A stretch of DNA of 64,000 nt from Carcharhinus amblyrhynchos. Taxonomy: Eukaryota. The notes under the pieces are model-generated. The model was not told the origin of the DNA and made no database searches. It worked only from the letters and a program-made list of their open reading frames with translations. Of this stretch, positions 49,317-63,554 are shown piece by piece. A program made the position numbers and the translations under genes. Every line of letters starts with the position of its first letter. Positions within the stretch are counted from its first letter, which is position 1. Location of the stretch: assembly GCA_965287045.1 (NCBI GenBank), contig OZ336880.1, forward strand, positions 43,338,001 through 43,402,000, read 5' to 3'.

Positions 49317-50320
49317 GAGACTTACAAGGTTCTGTGTTCAGGTCTCTTCCCAGGACTTAGATGCAAAAATTGAAATTTACAGTGCTATACTCTGCTGTGC
49401 TGTGCTGTCCTTTGAGATGGAACTTTCTGCCTCAGGAAGTGGAGGGTCATTGAATATTTTTAAGGTGGAGGTAGATAGATTTTTATTAGGCAAGGGAATC
49501 AGAGATTTTTCAGGTAGATAGGAATGTGAAATTCGAAACACAAACACATCAGCCATGATCTTATTGAATGGCAGAGCAGATTTGAGGGGCTGATGTTTAT
49601 ATGCTAAACCAGACCCCCATCTGCTATGGATGTAAAAGATTTCATGGCGTCATTTTGAAGATGAATGGCGGAGTTATTTCCAGTGTCCTTCTTAATATTT
49701 ATCCCTAAATCGACATTACAGGAATGCATTGACTGCAACACTACATTCTGCACTCTCACCTTTCCTTCTCCCCTATGTACTCTATGTATGGTATGCTTTG
49801 CCTGTAAAGCACGCAAGAAACACACTTTCACTGTGTACCAATAGGTGTGATATTAATAAATCAAATCATTCATTGCTGCTTGTGGGAGCTTCCTGTGTGC
49901 CAATCAACTGCTGTGTTTCCAATAACAGGGGCTACACCTCCCAGATAGAATCTCTACAATGCAGGGGGAGCCATTCAGCCCATCAAGTCTGCATCAACAA
50001 CAATCCCACCCAAGCACTATCTATGTAACCCCACATATTTACCCCTCTAATCTCCACATCTCAGGACACTAAGGAGCCAATCACCCTAACTCACACGCTT
50101 TTGGACTGTGGCAGGAAGTCGGAGAACCTAGAGGTGACCCACACAGACAAGGCGTGAACGTGCAAACTCCACACAGACCCAAGCCAGGAATCAAACTCAG
50201 GTCCCTGGAGTTATGAGGCACCAAAGCTAACATTGTGCTTCAGAAGAACTTAACTGGCTGTAAAGCTTTGAGCTGTCCAGTGACCTTGAAAATTACAATA
50301 TAGATGCATGTCTTTTTTTA
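49317..50320 (+). mobile_element. SacSINE1/DeuSINE-like element broken by three nested insertions
   Basis: Head at 49317-49420, Deu core GATGTAAAAGATTTCATGGC..AATATTTATCCCT at 49600-49720, and 3' parts at 49866-49935 and 50238-50320. Inserts: CR1 tail (~49421-49595), Rex-type 3' UTR (~49728-49866), HE1 (~49945-50238). Confidence 0.7.
49945..50238 (-). mobile_element. HE1-like V-SINE
   Basis: V-domain and CR1-derived tail on the reverse strand. Confidence 0.8.
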
Positions 50321-50842
50321 TCATTAATCAGAACAGAACAATAGGCTCAGTATTGCCATTTGTGCTATTTCTCCATGAAAATTTATTGAAAGCTTTCACC
50401 AGGCTATCTTGGTGACTGTTGCTTATGTGTGGAATGACAGAATGAAACAGTACTGCACAGATACACAGAAACATTGATGATGTAGTACAGCCCAAGTGCC
50501 TGCACAGTTTGGACCCCAGATGTTTGCTTAGTGGGCCAAAAAGAGAATATTTCTCCTGTGTTTTCATGAAAGTTTAATCTGAATTTTCAATTTATTTTTA
50601 ACTCTTTATCCTCAATGCTCAGAAGTCATTAATGGAAGTTTCTGTTGAATTAAGAGAGATGATGCCAGATAATTGGATATTTCTTTCATTGATAGTTTCT
50701 GGTGCACAGGGAACAATAAAAGGAGCAAGAATATGTTCCCCCCCCCCCCAACCCCCTCCCCACTCCACTCAACCTGGCCCATTTCCCGAGGTAGACCTTG
50801 AATGCAGGTGATCCCTGATTTCACATGGAAATAAATACATAA

Positions 50843-51205
50843 AGGGGAGTCAATGGTCTAGTGGTATTATCACTAGACTATCAGTCCAGAAGCTCAGTTA
50901 ATGTTCTGGGGACCCAGGTTTGAATCCTGCCATGGCAGATGGTGGAACTTGAATTCAATAAAGAACATCTGGAATTAAGAATCTACTGATGACCATGAAA
51001 CCATTGTTGATTGTCAAAAAAACCCATTTGTTTCACTAATGTATTTTGGGGAAGGAAATCTGCCTTCCTTACCCAGTCAAGCCTACATGTGACTCCAGAG
51101 CCACAGCAACGTGGTTGACTCTCAACTGCTCTCCAAGGGAACTAGGGATGGGCAATAAATGCTGGCCAGCCGGTGACGCCTGTGTCCCACAAATGAATAA
51201 TTTTT
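50843..51205 (+). mobile_element. tRNA-derived SINE with LINE-derived 3' end
   Basis: A-box TGGTCTAGTGG and B-box-like GGTTTGAATCC. The 3' end GGGATGGGCAATAAATGCTGGCC is shared with the LINE at 35895-36712. Confidence 0.8.
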
Positions 51206-51789
51206 AAAAATTGAACTTTAAGATGCTAAAACCTGATTCATACAGTCTGCCTATTCCACTCACATAATAAGGCCCATCACATTGTTTTAGGCAGTACATA
51301 AAGAAAATCTTTCAAACTTTGATTATCGCAATCAAAATAGATTTAGCATTGTACCCCTGACCTTTCAGAATACCAAAGAAGATGAATTGAAGGGTGTTAA
51401 GGATAATTGCCAGTATCAGGGGTAACCTGCACATGCCAATTGTCATTCATTGTGCTTACAGACCAAGGCATAGCTATAAAAAGAGATTGGCTTTCTCAGG
51501 GTCAGGTTCACCAGAGAGGTTGTGGAGAGTTGTGCCATCAGCCTCAAGATAGTTCACAGGTTAACCTCAACTACAACCACAGTCTTGTCAGTGACTGGGG
51601 CCATCACAATCGTTATCAACCTCTATGTCTTTGGTTTTTTTGCAAGACCAGGACAAGGGATAACTGTAACACCAATCAGAAATGCACAGATGCATCAGAT
51701 AGAACACAGACATTTTGGTTCACTAAAGCAAAATCCTCCATTTAATGTTAAACCAACATTTTTGTGTCTATCTTCACAGTAGGAAATAC

Positions 51790-52000
51790 AAAAACCAAAG
51801 CAGAAATATTGGGGAACCAAAGGTCCAATGAAAATGAAGAACTTAAATTATCAATAAAAAAATCAGTAAAGAAAGTACTGGACACATTAGTGGAACTTAA
51901 ATGGCAACACATCTCCTGAAGCTGATGGTCTGCATTCTAAAAATTCCTTAGATTCTGAAATTGTTCCTATGAATTAGGAGGTGGGAAGTGTAACACTGGG
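51790..52000 (+). mobile_element. CR1 internal RT-proximal fragment
   Basis: Degenerate KVLDTLVELK..SPEADGLH (cf. KSPGPDGLH). Confidence 0.55.
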
Positions 52001-53684
52001 GAGGGGGGAGGGTTAGGAGGTGGACTGGTTGGCATCCATTGGCTAGGTGGCTGGCATGTTGATCAGCATGGATGAGATACAATCATGATCTATTCATCCA
52101 AAGCCAAAGTTAAACAAATTACAGCAGTATACCATGGTTCAGCAAATACTGTCCAAGGAACTGTCTTCATACAGAGAGCTCATGAAGAAGGAGGAATGTA
52201 ACTCTGCGATACAGGAAAAGAGGGAGAGTGAAAACTTAACTACAGACCTGGCTTCAGTTAGAATGAATCATAGAATAGTTACAGCACAAAAGGGGGCCAT
52301 TATCCCATTGATTGAAATGCGCATTTTTTAATTATTTTATGGGATTTGAGTGCCACAAAGCTAGTATTTGTTGGCCTGAAAATCCAGGCTGTTGTATTTT
52401 ACCAACTTTCTTAGTAATAATATTTGTTTCTTTACAAATTTGGCCACAATACACTTGGTATCTTCGTCCAAGTCATAAATATGGAAGACACTTGGTAAGT
52501 AGCATCCTTAGGGGAGGAGGATAGTTATGAGGTGCCTGAACAGATGCTAGTCAGTAAAGGTGGTGCCAGGGTGCTATAGACAGCAGGACACTGCCATACA
52601 TGATCGGGAGACTTGTAACTTTCTCATCAGCAGACATTTGACTTGAGCACAAATGGACAGAGATTGTGTAATTTCCATTCTAGAAGTTATGATTCCTGTT
52701 TTGACATTGGAGACCCACAGAATCTCTGTGCCCATGACCACAATGTGCAAAAGGCCTTTATCAAGACTGGTACTCTCAAGGCTTCACTGTTACACCCCAT
52801 CCACTCATTGATTTAACATCTGGCTCATGCCCTGTTGTATTAAAATAAATCTACATTTCAGTTCATGGTTTTTTCCTTTCATTAGACATTACAGAAGTTT
52901 GCAGGTTACCCAATGAACCACGTGCTAATACATGCATTTAGTTGCAAATTTATGGTAACGTCTCCAAGGTGCTCCCCTGCACCTTGTGTTGACAACCATA
53001 TCACATGGGCCTGTCTCCAGGCAAAGGTTTATTAATAACATTCCACACAGCACCTACCCCTGAATCCCCTCCACCCCGTGCCTCCAACCACCACCCCACC
53101 CCCCCAGCCCCCCGCCCGGCCACCACCACCTCCCATTCAAAACATTCTGTTTCACCTTAAGTCAAAACATGACCGTCTTGTAGTGTTCCACATAGTGATA
53201 CTCATTCCATCGAGTTATGGTTAAAGTTATTATTTGGACATCTGTTGACTATCTCTGCATCATTCAACACTACTCTTCACGTGCCTCTCTATTGGATTGC
53301 CCCTCTCCCTCTCGATGGAAGATGCCATGTGTTCACATGCCAGAAGTATGGAGCCACTCATTTTATGGATGAACTCCTCCATTGTTTCTGCAGGGGACTT
53401 CACTGCCTCTGGAAGCTCTGACAAATCTCCATTTGAATAGCAGCTGGAGCCTCAATTGCTTTGATGGTGACACATATTTACATGGAGCTAAACATTACTG
53501 GACCTCTCTAAACTCCACCATGGGGGAGTGGGCACAGCTGTCACTGCCTCCACCTCCTCTTGTGAGTCTGTGAAGTGTTCACCAGATTGCACCACCCATG
53601 CTATACACAAACAGACTTGGATATATCTGCACTGATGGAGAAAGTGCAGGAATGAAGTGACACATTCATCGGAATTCTACCACC

Positions 53685-54960
53685 TCGCCCGCCACGGAAC
53701 TGGAGTGGGCAAGGGGCGGACAACAGAAATGTGCGTTGACCTCGGGTGGGAATTTCCGGTCTCGCTTGACTGAAGCCATAAAATCCTGTCCTCAGATGTT
53801 GTTGCATCCTGTGAGCTTTTGAACGTGTCTTTATCCCTTGTTTGTCCAGCATTTGCTGCTAGAGCTGGTGGAGATAAATTATTAAAGGAAAACATGTAGT
53901 CCTTGAACCAAGGCCTCTTGGTGAGAAGCTTCCAATGATGATGGAGGCCCACATGGATACCTCATGCCAGATATTGCAGAGAGAATATTGAATACAATTC
54001 AAATCTCTACAAACTCTCCATACTATCTACACCTGCCTCGCTATATCACCAAACATCCTGCCTTGCCTTCGTTGACAGACTGCCCTGCGGTGACCCATCC
54101 AATCTGCATGCCTTCTTCTCCACGAACGTCACCAAGTTGATAACGGAAACTCCATCTTTGGTCCATTGGTACCCCCTGACATTTTGACTCCTGCAAGCAC
54201 GTCATGGGCAATGTCAGTTGTGTCTCCTGGTGCCTATATGCTGGTCACTTTGAGGCATGGTATGATGCAACACCACACCACTGAGTGGCCAATCAGCCAT
54301 CTCAATATAAGTATTCTTCCATGCCTGAGCATGGGTCGTGACATATGATAACTGAACTCAGTGTTAACGTTGGTACCTGGTTTCACCCCATGCATCTGTC
54401 TACTACCTGGCCTCAGACTTCATGGGCAGCTATCACTTAAATTCTGGGCTCTCAGTTGCCAAGTGTTAACATCACTAACTTTTCCAGACTATAACAGGTC
54501 ATTAAATCTCTTTCTACACTGGATCTAGGTTCTGGCAATGAGACCTCAGCCTCTCATGCCATCTCCACCTTCAGCTATGCCTTCACAGTGACATTTATTG
54601 GCTTCCTCCTCCCATCTCCTACAAAGAAGAGCTGTGTCCTTTAGTGGACCGCTTCCAAAAATACCTGAGAGGCATCGTTGAAGCGTGGAGTGAGCCTTCT
54701 TCTTTTTCCTGCCATCTCGATCCTGCCTTCTTAGCTGTCCACCCCCTTCTTCTTACCTCTCGGTTCAAGTTAACTGAAGTACAGGTGTGTTCATAAAACT
54801 GCATAGGCACTGTCGGCACTGGGACCCACTCACTCCCATTATTGGATGACTCCTTCACCAACAGCCCTTTAAGTGGCTGCTGATGGTAAAATGCGGCTGG
54901 AAGGTCCACCAGTCTCCTCTGAATGCAAGTACCATTCATTTCCTTCTGACTTTAGGGCCT
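53685..54960 (-). mobile_element. Harbinger-type transposon remnant with decayed Myb/SANT-like ORF
   Basis: Reverse strand ~54540-54692 reads TPRFNDASQVFLEAVH*RTQLFFVGDGRRKPINVTVKA*, resembling the Harbinger Myb-like protein N-terminus. Boundaries are approximate. Confidence 0.5.
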
Positions 54961-55081
54961 CTGCTTCAGTGATGAAATCCTAACCATGATTTCTGCCACC
55001 TGGAAGGAGCACGGAAGCAGAAAGAAGGGAATACCACCATCTGCAACTTCCCCTTTAAGATAGCTACCATCCTGACTTTTA

Positions 55082-55392
55082 GAATTATCATAGAATCTCT
55101 ACAGAAGGAGGCCATTCAGCCCACTAAGCCTGCACTGACCACAATCCGATCCAGGCCCTATTCCCATAACCCCACATATTTACCCTGCTAATCTCCTGAC
55201 ATTGGGGTCAATTTAGCATGGCCAATCAATCTAACCTGCACATCTTTGGACTGTGAGAGGAAACCAGACCACCCCGAGGAAACCCAACCAGACACGGGAA
55301 GACTGTGCAAACTTCACATAGATAGTCACCCAAGGCCAGAATTGAACCCGAGTCCCTGGGACGGTGAGGCAACCGTGCTCACCACCATGCTG
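55082..55392 (-). mobile_element. HE1-like V-SINE inserted in a LINE 3' fragment (~55020-55560)
   Basis: V-domain and tail are present. The flanks continue the same LINE 3' end seen at 36470-36700. Confidence 0.85.
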
Positions 55393-57264
55393 GCCCAATT
55401 ATCACTGTCACTGGGTAAAGTTACTGGACCCCCCGCCCTAACAACCTATACTTTACCGAATGCAACATTTCAAGAAATAAACTCAGCACCACCAACCCAA
55501 GGGTAATTAGAAATGGGCAGAAATGCTCATCTTGCCAACCCCACTCCTATCCCATCAATAAATATATACAAAAAAATTTACATGCATCAAAGAAAATTGG
55601 AAATCCATGTGAAAAAATAATCCTCATGGAAAAAGAAGGATTTCATTAAAAGGAAGCTGTGGGTTTGGATCAGCTGATTGTAACTGTGTTTCTCTGGTGT
55701 TAAACTGACAGCACTCGCCTCATAGCCTGAGAACAGGGAGCAGTTATCTTGTCAGTACACACCAGGAAAGCGGCAAAACCAGTGGCCCACAGTTCTTGCT
55801 GGAGAGATGCCAAAGAGAATGCTGAGTGTCTAATTGTTCACATTATCTCAGGGTAAATGGTTCAAAGCCTGCACACAGCATATTGAGGGGGGAAGCATTC
55901 AAACCAAATGTACGTTTAAATGTACAAATGTACAAATTTGTGATAAAATAATTCAATTGTTACAGAAATTCATGGGAATGTTCTTATCAGTGCCTAGTCC
56001 TGAAAATTTGAATGCAGGCTATGAGTGCTGGTTGTGGCTTTATCTCACTTTGAATCTACATTGGAAGTCACAGGTCTCTGCTAAAGGAGAGCAGGCTCTG
56101 AATTGGAGGGGTGGGGGCTCAGTCAGTAGTCTCTGCATCAAGAATTTAAATAAACCAATGAGACTTGCCTTGATATTTATTTTATTTTAATTAAGTTTAC
56201 TACTTGTCAGATGGGAAATTTAGTGTCAGCTATTTAAGGGACAAATTCAGTGGCGGCGAAGATTGTTTTTCTACATAACCCATTTAGAGACATAATGGGG
56301 ATGACACAAGCTTTGATCTTCTATTTATAACTATAGAAGACATCATTTGGAGAATTCAAGCTAGAAAACAAGTAACTTAGATGTCTTGCCAAGAGGGATT
56401 TGTCCTTTTTATCTAGTCAGAGAAGCACTTTTGCTATTTGCATTTCTGAATTGCTTAGCTGCCCAAGCATGCTTTATCTGTACTGGTTGAAATGTGTCAC
56501 AGCAACATATGACTGCTGTTCTCTAGCTGGTCTTGGACTTCCTCCAACAAATATGGATTATGTTAAAGTCGGTATTGAATTGATGAGGATATGTTAATAA
56601 CTCCCAGATGGGTATCTTTTTTTTGCCTGGCAGGAGGGAAATACAGGCAGTCTATGGCAGGAGTTAGTGTTTGGCAGGTCCATCATTTCGTCATTAAAGG
56701 GCAGATTATTACTCACAACAAAGCTTGCATGACAATTGCTTGGCTATCCAAGGTCCCACTGAAAGGATAGCGTTGACTCCTCCTGATGGGATGTCTGACT
56801 GTGACTATTGCTCGTTCGCTGCATTGACAATAAATTAGTAGTCAGAACAAGTAATTCACCTTTATAAATAACAATTGTGACAGTCTCTCATTCAGTGATC
56901 CTGTGTTTAGATGTGTTGCAGACATTTAACGATAACCAGCCAGTGTTCTCTGCCTGAGCTAATGCAGAGCAGGCAGGTTCTAATAAGGTTCCTTACCATA
57001 TCAAACTAAATTAGTGCTATTGTAATTTTGAACCGCACACCTCATTATAACCAGAAAAGCAACCAGGATTTCAGCAGTGAGAGAATCAAGGCTCACTTCC
57101 TTGTGAGGAAACAAATAATTAAATTTAATAAGGGGGATAAATTGGATACCCCAGAAAATGGGCATGGGATTGCTATGCTCAATTAACCTGTGCCCATTCA
57201 CTGTAACGTAGCCTGCACATCAACTTCATACTGCCTGCTTATTGAATGATTGTGTGTGCAGCCA

Positions 57265-60200
57265 CTGCTAGCTGCACTGTTCACTAACAGCACAGTTCAC
57301 TAGCTGCACAGTTCATTAGCTGCACTGTTCACAAACAGCACAGTTCACTAGCTGCACAGTTCATTAGCTGCACTGTTCACAAACAGCACAGTTCACTAGC
57401 TGCACAGTTCATTAGCTGCACTGTTCACTAACAGCACAGTTCACTAGCTGCACAGTTCATTAGCTGCACTGTTCACAAACAGCACAGTTCACTAGCTGCA
57501 CTGTTCACAAACAGCACAGTTCACTAGCTGCATTGTTCACTAGCTGTACTGTTCCCTAGCTGAACTATTCACTATTCACCAGCTGCACTGTTCACTAGCT
57601 GCACTGTTCCCTAGCTGAACTATTCACTATTCACTTGCTGCACTGTACACTAACAGTACTGTTCACTGACAGCACTTTTCACTAACAGCACTGTTCACAA
57701 GCAGCATTGTTCGCTAACAGCAGTGATCACATGCACTATTCACTCACTGCACTGTTCACCAACAGTGCTATTCACTAACAGTACTGTTCACTAGTTGCAC
57801 TGTTCACTAACAGCACTATTCACTAGCTACACTGTTGACAAGCTGCACTGTTCACATAGAGCACTGTTCACTAGCTGCACTGTTCACTAACAGTACTGTT
57901 CACTAGCTACACTGTTGACAAGCTGCACTGTTCACTAACAGCACTGTTCACTTAGAGCACTGTTTACTAGCTGCTCTGCTCACTAGCTGCTCTGTTCACC
58001 AACAGCTCTGTTCACTAGCTACATTGTTGACTAGCTGCACTGTTCACTAACAGCACTGTTCACTTAGAGCACTGTTCACTAGCTGCACTGTTCACTAACA
58101 GCAATGTTCACTAGCTGCACTGTTCACCAACAGCACTGTTCACTTAGAGCACTGTTCACTAGCTGCACTGTTCACTAACAGCAATGTTCACTAGCTGCAC
58201 TGTTCACCAACAGCACTGTTCACTTAGAGCACTGTTCACTAGCTGCACTGTTCACTTACAGCACTGTTCACTAGCTGCACTGTTCACTTACAGCACTGTT
58301 CACTAACACCACTGATCACTAACTGCACTGTTCACTAGCTGCACCGTTCACTTACAGCACTGTTCACTCGCTGCACCGTTCATTAAAAGCACTGTTTACT
58401 ACCTGCCCTGTTCGCTAACAGTTCTGTTCAATAACAGCACTACTCACTAACAGCACTGTTTACTAACAGTACTGTTCACTAGCTGCACTGTTGACTTGCT
58501 GCACTTTTCACTAACAGCACTGTTCACTTACAGCACTTTTCATTAACACCACTGTTCACTAGCTGCACTGTTCACTATCAGCAGTGTTCACTAGCTGAAC
58601 TATTCTGTAGCTGCACTGTTCACTATTCACTAGTTGCACTGTACACTAACAGTTCTGTTCACTCGCTGCACTGTTCATTAACAGCACTGTTCACTCACTG
58701 TACTCTGCACTGACAGCACTCTTCACTAGAGGCACAATTCACTTGCTCCACTGTTCTTTAACAGCACTGTTCGCTCCAGCACTGTCCACTAACAGCTTTG
58801 TTCACTAACAGCACTGTTCACCAGCTGCACTGTTCACAAACAGCAATGTTCACTAAAAGCACTGATCACTAATAGCACTTTTCACTAACAGCACTGTTCA
58901 CTCGCTGCACTGTTCACTAACAGCACTGTTCACAAACTCCACTGGTCACTAACAGCATTGTTCACTAGCTGCACTATTCACTCGCTGCACTGTTCACTAA
59001 CAGCACTGTTCAATAACAGCACTGTTCACTAATTGCACTGGTCACTAACAGCACTGGTCACTAACAGCACTGTTCACTCACTGCGCTGTTCACTAACTGC
59101 ACTCTGCACTAACAGCACCGTTCACTAGATGCACTGTTCAATAGGGGCACTATTCACTAGCTGCACTCTTCACTAGCTGACTGTTCACTAACAGCACCGT
59201 TCACTAGATGCACTGTTCAGTAGGGGCACTATTCACTAGCTGCACTCTTCACTAGCTGACTGTTCACTAACAGCAATGTTCACTAGCTGCACTGTTCACC
59301 AACAGCACTGTTCACTTAGAGCAATGTTCACTAGCTGCACTGTTCACTTACAGCACTGTTCACTAGCTGCACTGTTCACTTACAGCACTGTTCACTAACA
59401 CCACTGATCACTAACTGCACTGTTCACTAGCTGCACCGTTCACTTACAGCACTGTTCACTCGCTGCACCGTTCATTAAAAGCACTGTTTACTACCTGCCC
59501 TGTTCGCTAACAGTTCTGTTCAATAACAGCACTACTCACTAACAGCACTGTTTACTAACAGTACTGTTCACTAGCTGCACTGTTGACTTGCTGCACTTTT
59601 CACTAACAGCACTGTTCACTTACAGCACTTTTCATTAACACCACTGTTCACTAGCTGCACTGTTCACTATCAGCAGTGTTCACTAGCTGAACTATTCTGT
59701 AGCTGCACTGTTCACTATTCACTAGTTGCACTGTACACTAACAGTTCTGTTCACTCGCTGCACTGTTCATTAACAGCACTGTTCACTCACTGTACTCTGC
59801 ACTGACAGCACTCTTCACTAGAGGCACAATTCACTTGCTCCACTGTTCTTTAACAGCACTGTTCGCTCCAGCACTGTCCACTAACAGCTTTGTTCACTAA
59901 CAGCACTGTTCACCAGCTGCACTGTTCACAAACAGCAATGTTCACTAAAAGCACTGATCACTAATAGCACTTTTCACTAACAGCACTATTCACTCGCTGC
60001 ACTGTTCACTAACAGCACTGTTCACAAACTCCACTGGTCACTAACAGCATTGTTCACTAGCTGCACTATTCACTCGCTGCACTGTTCACTAACAGCACTG
60101 TTCAATAACAGCACTGTTCACTAATTGCACTGGTCACTAACAGCACTGGTCACTAACAGCACTGTTCACTCACTGCGCTGTTCACTAACTGCACTCTGCA

Positions 60201-61807
60201 CTAACAGCACCGTTCACTAGATGCACTGTTCAATAGGGGCACTATTCACTAGCTGCACTCTTCACTAGCTGACTGTTCACTAACAGCACCGTTCACTAGA
60301 TGCACTGTTCAGTAGGGGCACTATTCACTAGCTGCACTCTTCACTAGCTGACTGTTCACTAACAGCACCGTTCACTAGATACACTGTTCAATAGGGGCAC
60401 TATTCACTAGCTGCACTCTTCACTAGCTGACTGTTCACTAACAGCACCGTTCACTAGATACACTGTTCAATAGGGGCACTATTCACTAGCTGCACTCTTC
60501 ACTAGCTGACTGTTCACTAACAGCACTGTTCACTTAGAGCAATGTTCACTAGCTGCACTGTTCACCAACAGCACTGTTCACTTAGAGCAATGTTCACTAG
60601 CTGCACTGTTCACTTACAGCACTGTTCACTAGCTGCACTGTTCACTTACAGCACTGTTCACTAACACCACTGATCACTAACTGCACTGTTCACTAGCTGC
60701 ACCGTTCACTTACAGCACTGTTCACTCGCTGCACCGTTCATTAAAAGCACTGTTTACTACCTGCCCTGTTCGCTAACAGTTCTGTTCAATAACAGCACTA
60801 CTCACTAACAGCACTGTTTACTAACAGTACTGTTCACTAGCTGCACTGTTGACTTGCTGCACTTTTCACTAACAGCACTGTTCACTTACAGCACTTTTCA
60901 TTAACACCACTGTTCACTAGCTGCACTGTTCACTATCAGCAGTGTTCACTAGCTGAACTATTCTGTAGCTGCACTGTTCACTATTCACTAGTTGCACTGT
61001 ACACTAACAGTTCTGTTCACTCGCTGCACTGTTCATTAACAGCACTGTTCACTCACTGTACTCTGCACTGACAGCACTCTTCACTAGAGGCACAATTCAC
61101 TTGCTCCACTGTTCTTTAACAGCACTGTTCGCTCCAGCACTGTCCACTAACAGCTTTGTTCACTAACAGCACTGTTCACCAGCTGCACTGTTCACAAACA
61201 GCAATGTTCACTAAAAGCACTGATCACTAATAGCACTTTTCACTAACAGCACTATTCACTCGCTGCACTGTTCACTAACAGCACTGTTCACAAACTCCAC
61301 TGGTCACTAACAGCATTGTTCACTAGCTGCACTATTCACTCGCTGCACTGTTCACTAACAGCACTGTTCAATAACAGCACTGTTCACTAATTGCACTGGT
61401 CACTAACAGCACTGGTCACTAACAGCACTGTTCACTCACTGCGCTGTTCACTAACTGCACTCTGCACTAACAGCACCGTTCACTAGATGCACTGTTCAAT
61501 AGGGGCACTATTCACTAGCTGCACTCTTCACTAGCTGACTGTTCACTAACAGCACCGTTCACTAGATGCACTGTTCAGTAGGGGCACTATTCACTAGCTG
61601 CACTCTTCACTAGCTGACTGTTCACTAACAGCACCGTTCACTAGATACACTGTTCAATAGGGGCACTATTCACTAGCTGCACTCTTCACTAGCTGACTGT
61701 TCACTAACAGCACCGTTCACTAGATACACTGTTCAATAGGGGCACTATTCACTAGCTGCACTCTTCACTAGCTGACTGTTCACTAACAGCACTGTTCACT
61801 AGCTGCA
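57265..61807 (+). repeat. Satellite array, 16-bp unit GCACTGTTCACTA(ACA/GCT), ~280 copies, with higher-order repeats
   Basis: Directly visible. Diagnostic variant blocks recur at 79-bp and 1092/1266-bp periods. Confidence 0.98.
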
Positions 61808-62124
61808 TGCATCAGCAGAGGGCCCCAAAACTGGAACTTCCGAGCATCGGCTATAGCTGATCTCACCCCTCATGCTTTTGAATATTTCAATCAAATTTCC
61901 TCTCAAAGGTGAACATCCCCACTTTCTCCAATCTATGCACAGAACTGAAGTCCCTCAACAGATACACACAGTGCCAGCGTTTGAGACTGTAACTGTGAGT
62001 GTGAAATCAAGTGGTAACCTATCTGGGCACATATCTAACATTCATATGCTTCACCTCACCCTCGCACACATTAGCACTGTTGCCACCCTCAAATCCATAC
62101 CTCACAGTTTGCATACACTGCTAA

Positions 62125-62418
62125 TTTGGTTAGCCCTGCTGCCTCACAGTGCCAGGGACCCGGGTTTGATTCCTGGCTTGGGTCACTGTCTGTGTAGAGT
62201 TTGCATGCTCTCCCTGTGTCTGTGTGGGTTTCCTCTGGGTGCTCCAGTTTCCTCCCACAATCCAAAAGATGTGCTGGTTAGGTGCATTGGCCATGCGAAA
62301 TTGTCCCGCATTGTACCCAACAGGTGTCGGAATGTGAAAGTTAGGGGATATTTACATTAATTTCATTGCAGTGTTGATGTAAGTCTATTTGTGACACTAA
62401 TAAATAAACTTTAAACTT
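62125..62418 (+). mobile_element. HE1-like V-SINE
   Basis: tRNA head, V-domain, and tail AATAAATAAACTTTAAACTTT. Same subfamily as 1457-1745. Confidence 0.88.
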
Positions 62419-62419
62419 T

Positions 62420-63520
62420 AATTGTTCAACCATGAAACCAGCCAAACAGGTTGCAACACACTCACCAGCACAGTTCCCTATCTCTTGCAGGGATAGGAGA
62501 TGCCCAATCTGAGGCAGCAGAATCTAAGTGGAGGAGGACAGGCATGCCTGAATTCTGAACCCTCTCAGGGAACAAACAGCACTGGAATTGTTACTGCTCT
62601 GTCGGATGCCAACGATGGAGCAGAAATATTGAAGATGATTTTGCCTTCATACCTGATTCTCTGTCTCACATCTAAACATCTTCCTCAGGGAAAACTCTTT
62701 TCTGATTTATCAGTTACAAATGGTATAAGTATGCACCTCTTACATCTCCCCACCTTGATCCACAACCTTACTTTGTGCCTTTTTTCTTCCGATGTCAAAG
62801 AGGTCCACCCTGGCCAGAAAGCAGAGGAATATAAAGAAGAGCGTGATTATGAAGACATAACATCATCACTTGATTTCACTCTCACAGCCAGCAGCTCAGA
62901 TACCTTAGGATAGATGAAAATCAGAAACTGCACATGATGAAACACTGGGCATGAGTGGGCTGCAGCCAGGGTAGGTGGAAAGGATCACAAAGTTCACTGG
63001 AGGGTGAGGGTACACACAGATTCTGCTATAGAGGACTAAGATAAAAACTTTGATGGGGCAGCCTACCATAGAATGCTGATGGACCCAATGCCAACTCTGC
63101 ACGGGATTTTGTGCAGAATTTGAAACCCAGTGTGGAAATGATGGCCAACTCCATTTTCACACTAATGGACCCAATCTTGATACATCATCAGAATAACAAT
63201 GTCACAGTTCTCAAGCAGAACAGGCAGCAAGACTCCAAGCATCTGAATGTTGCAGTGGAAGCTCAGACTGAAGCCACATGCCATCTCAAACTGCCACCAC
63301 CGTGGCTATAAGTGTGCAAAGAGCCTTCCAGTGTGCCACAACACTCCAGCAATCTGTCCTCCAACAGATTACTGGAATTATGCAGCCACATCCAGGAGGC
63401 TGACAGGGGCTGCATGAGGCATGATTCTGGAATGCTCCCACCTCCTTCCAGTCCACCAGTAGCCTTGCTCCTATTTGGGGTTGTAGTTACTGTTATCAAG
63501 CTCTGATATGACCTGAGCAG
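62420..63520 (+). mobile_element. Probable decayed Harbinger Myb-like accessory gene region
   Basis: Splice-acceptor-like CTCTTGCAG followed by a ..LSGGG motif, then acidic and low-complexity coding-like remnants with many stops. Confidence 0.4.
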
Positions 63521-63554
63521 TCAGCACAGGCAGATTGCGTCTCCTCTTCGAAGA

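Noticed and set aside
53055-53135. C-rich tract (G-quadruplex potential on - strand)
   Set aside because: A simple low-complexity tract, common in shark DNA, with no other supporting feature.
57265-61807. CRISPR-like array or RSS heptamer array (CACAGTT/CACTGTT)
   Set aside because: Head-to-tail monomers with no unique spacers and no cas genes, in a vertebrate context. No nonamers at 12/23 spacing.
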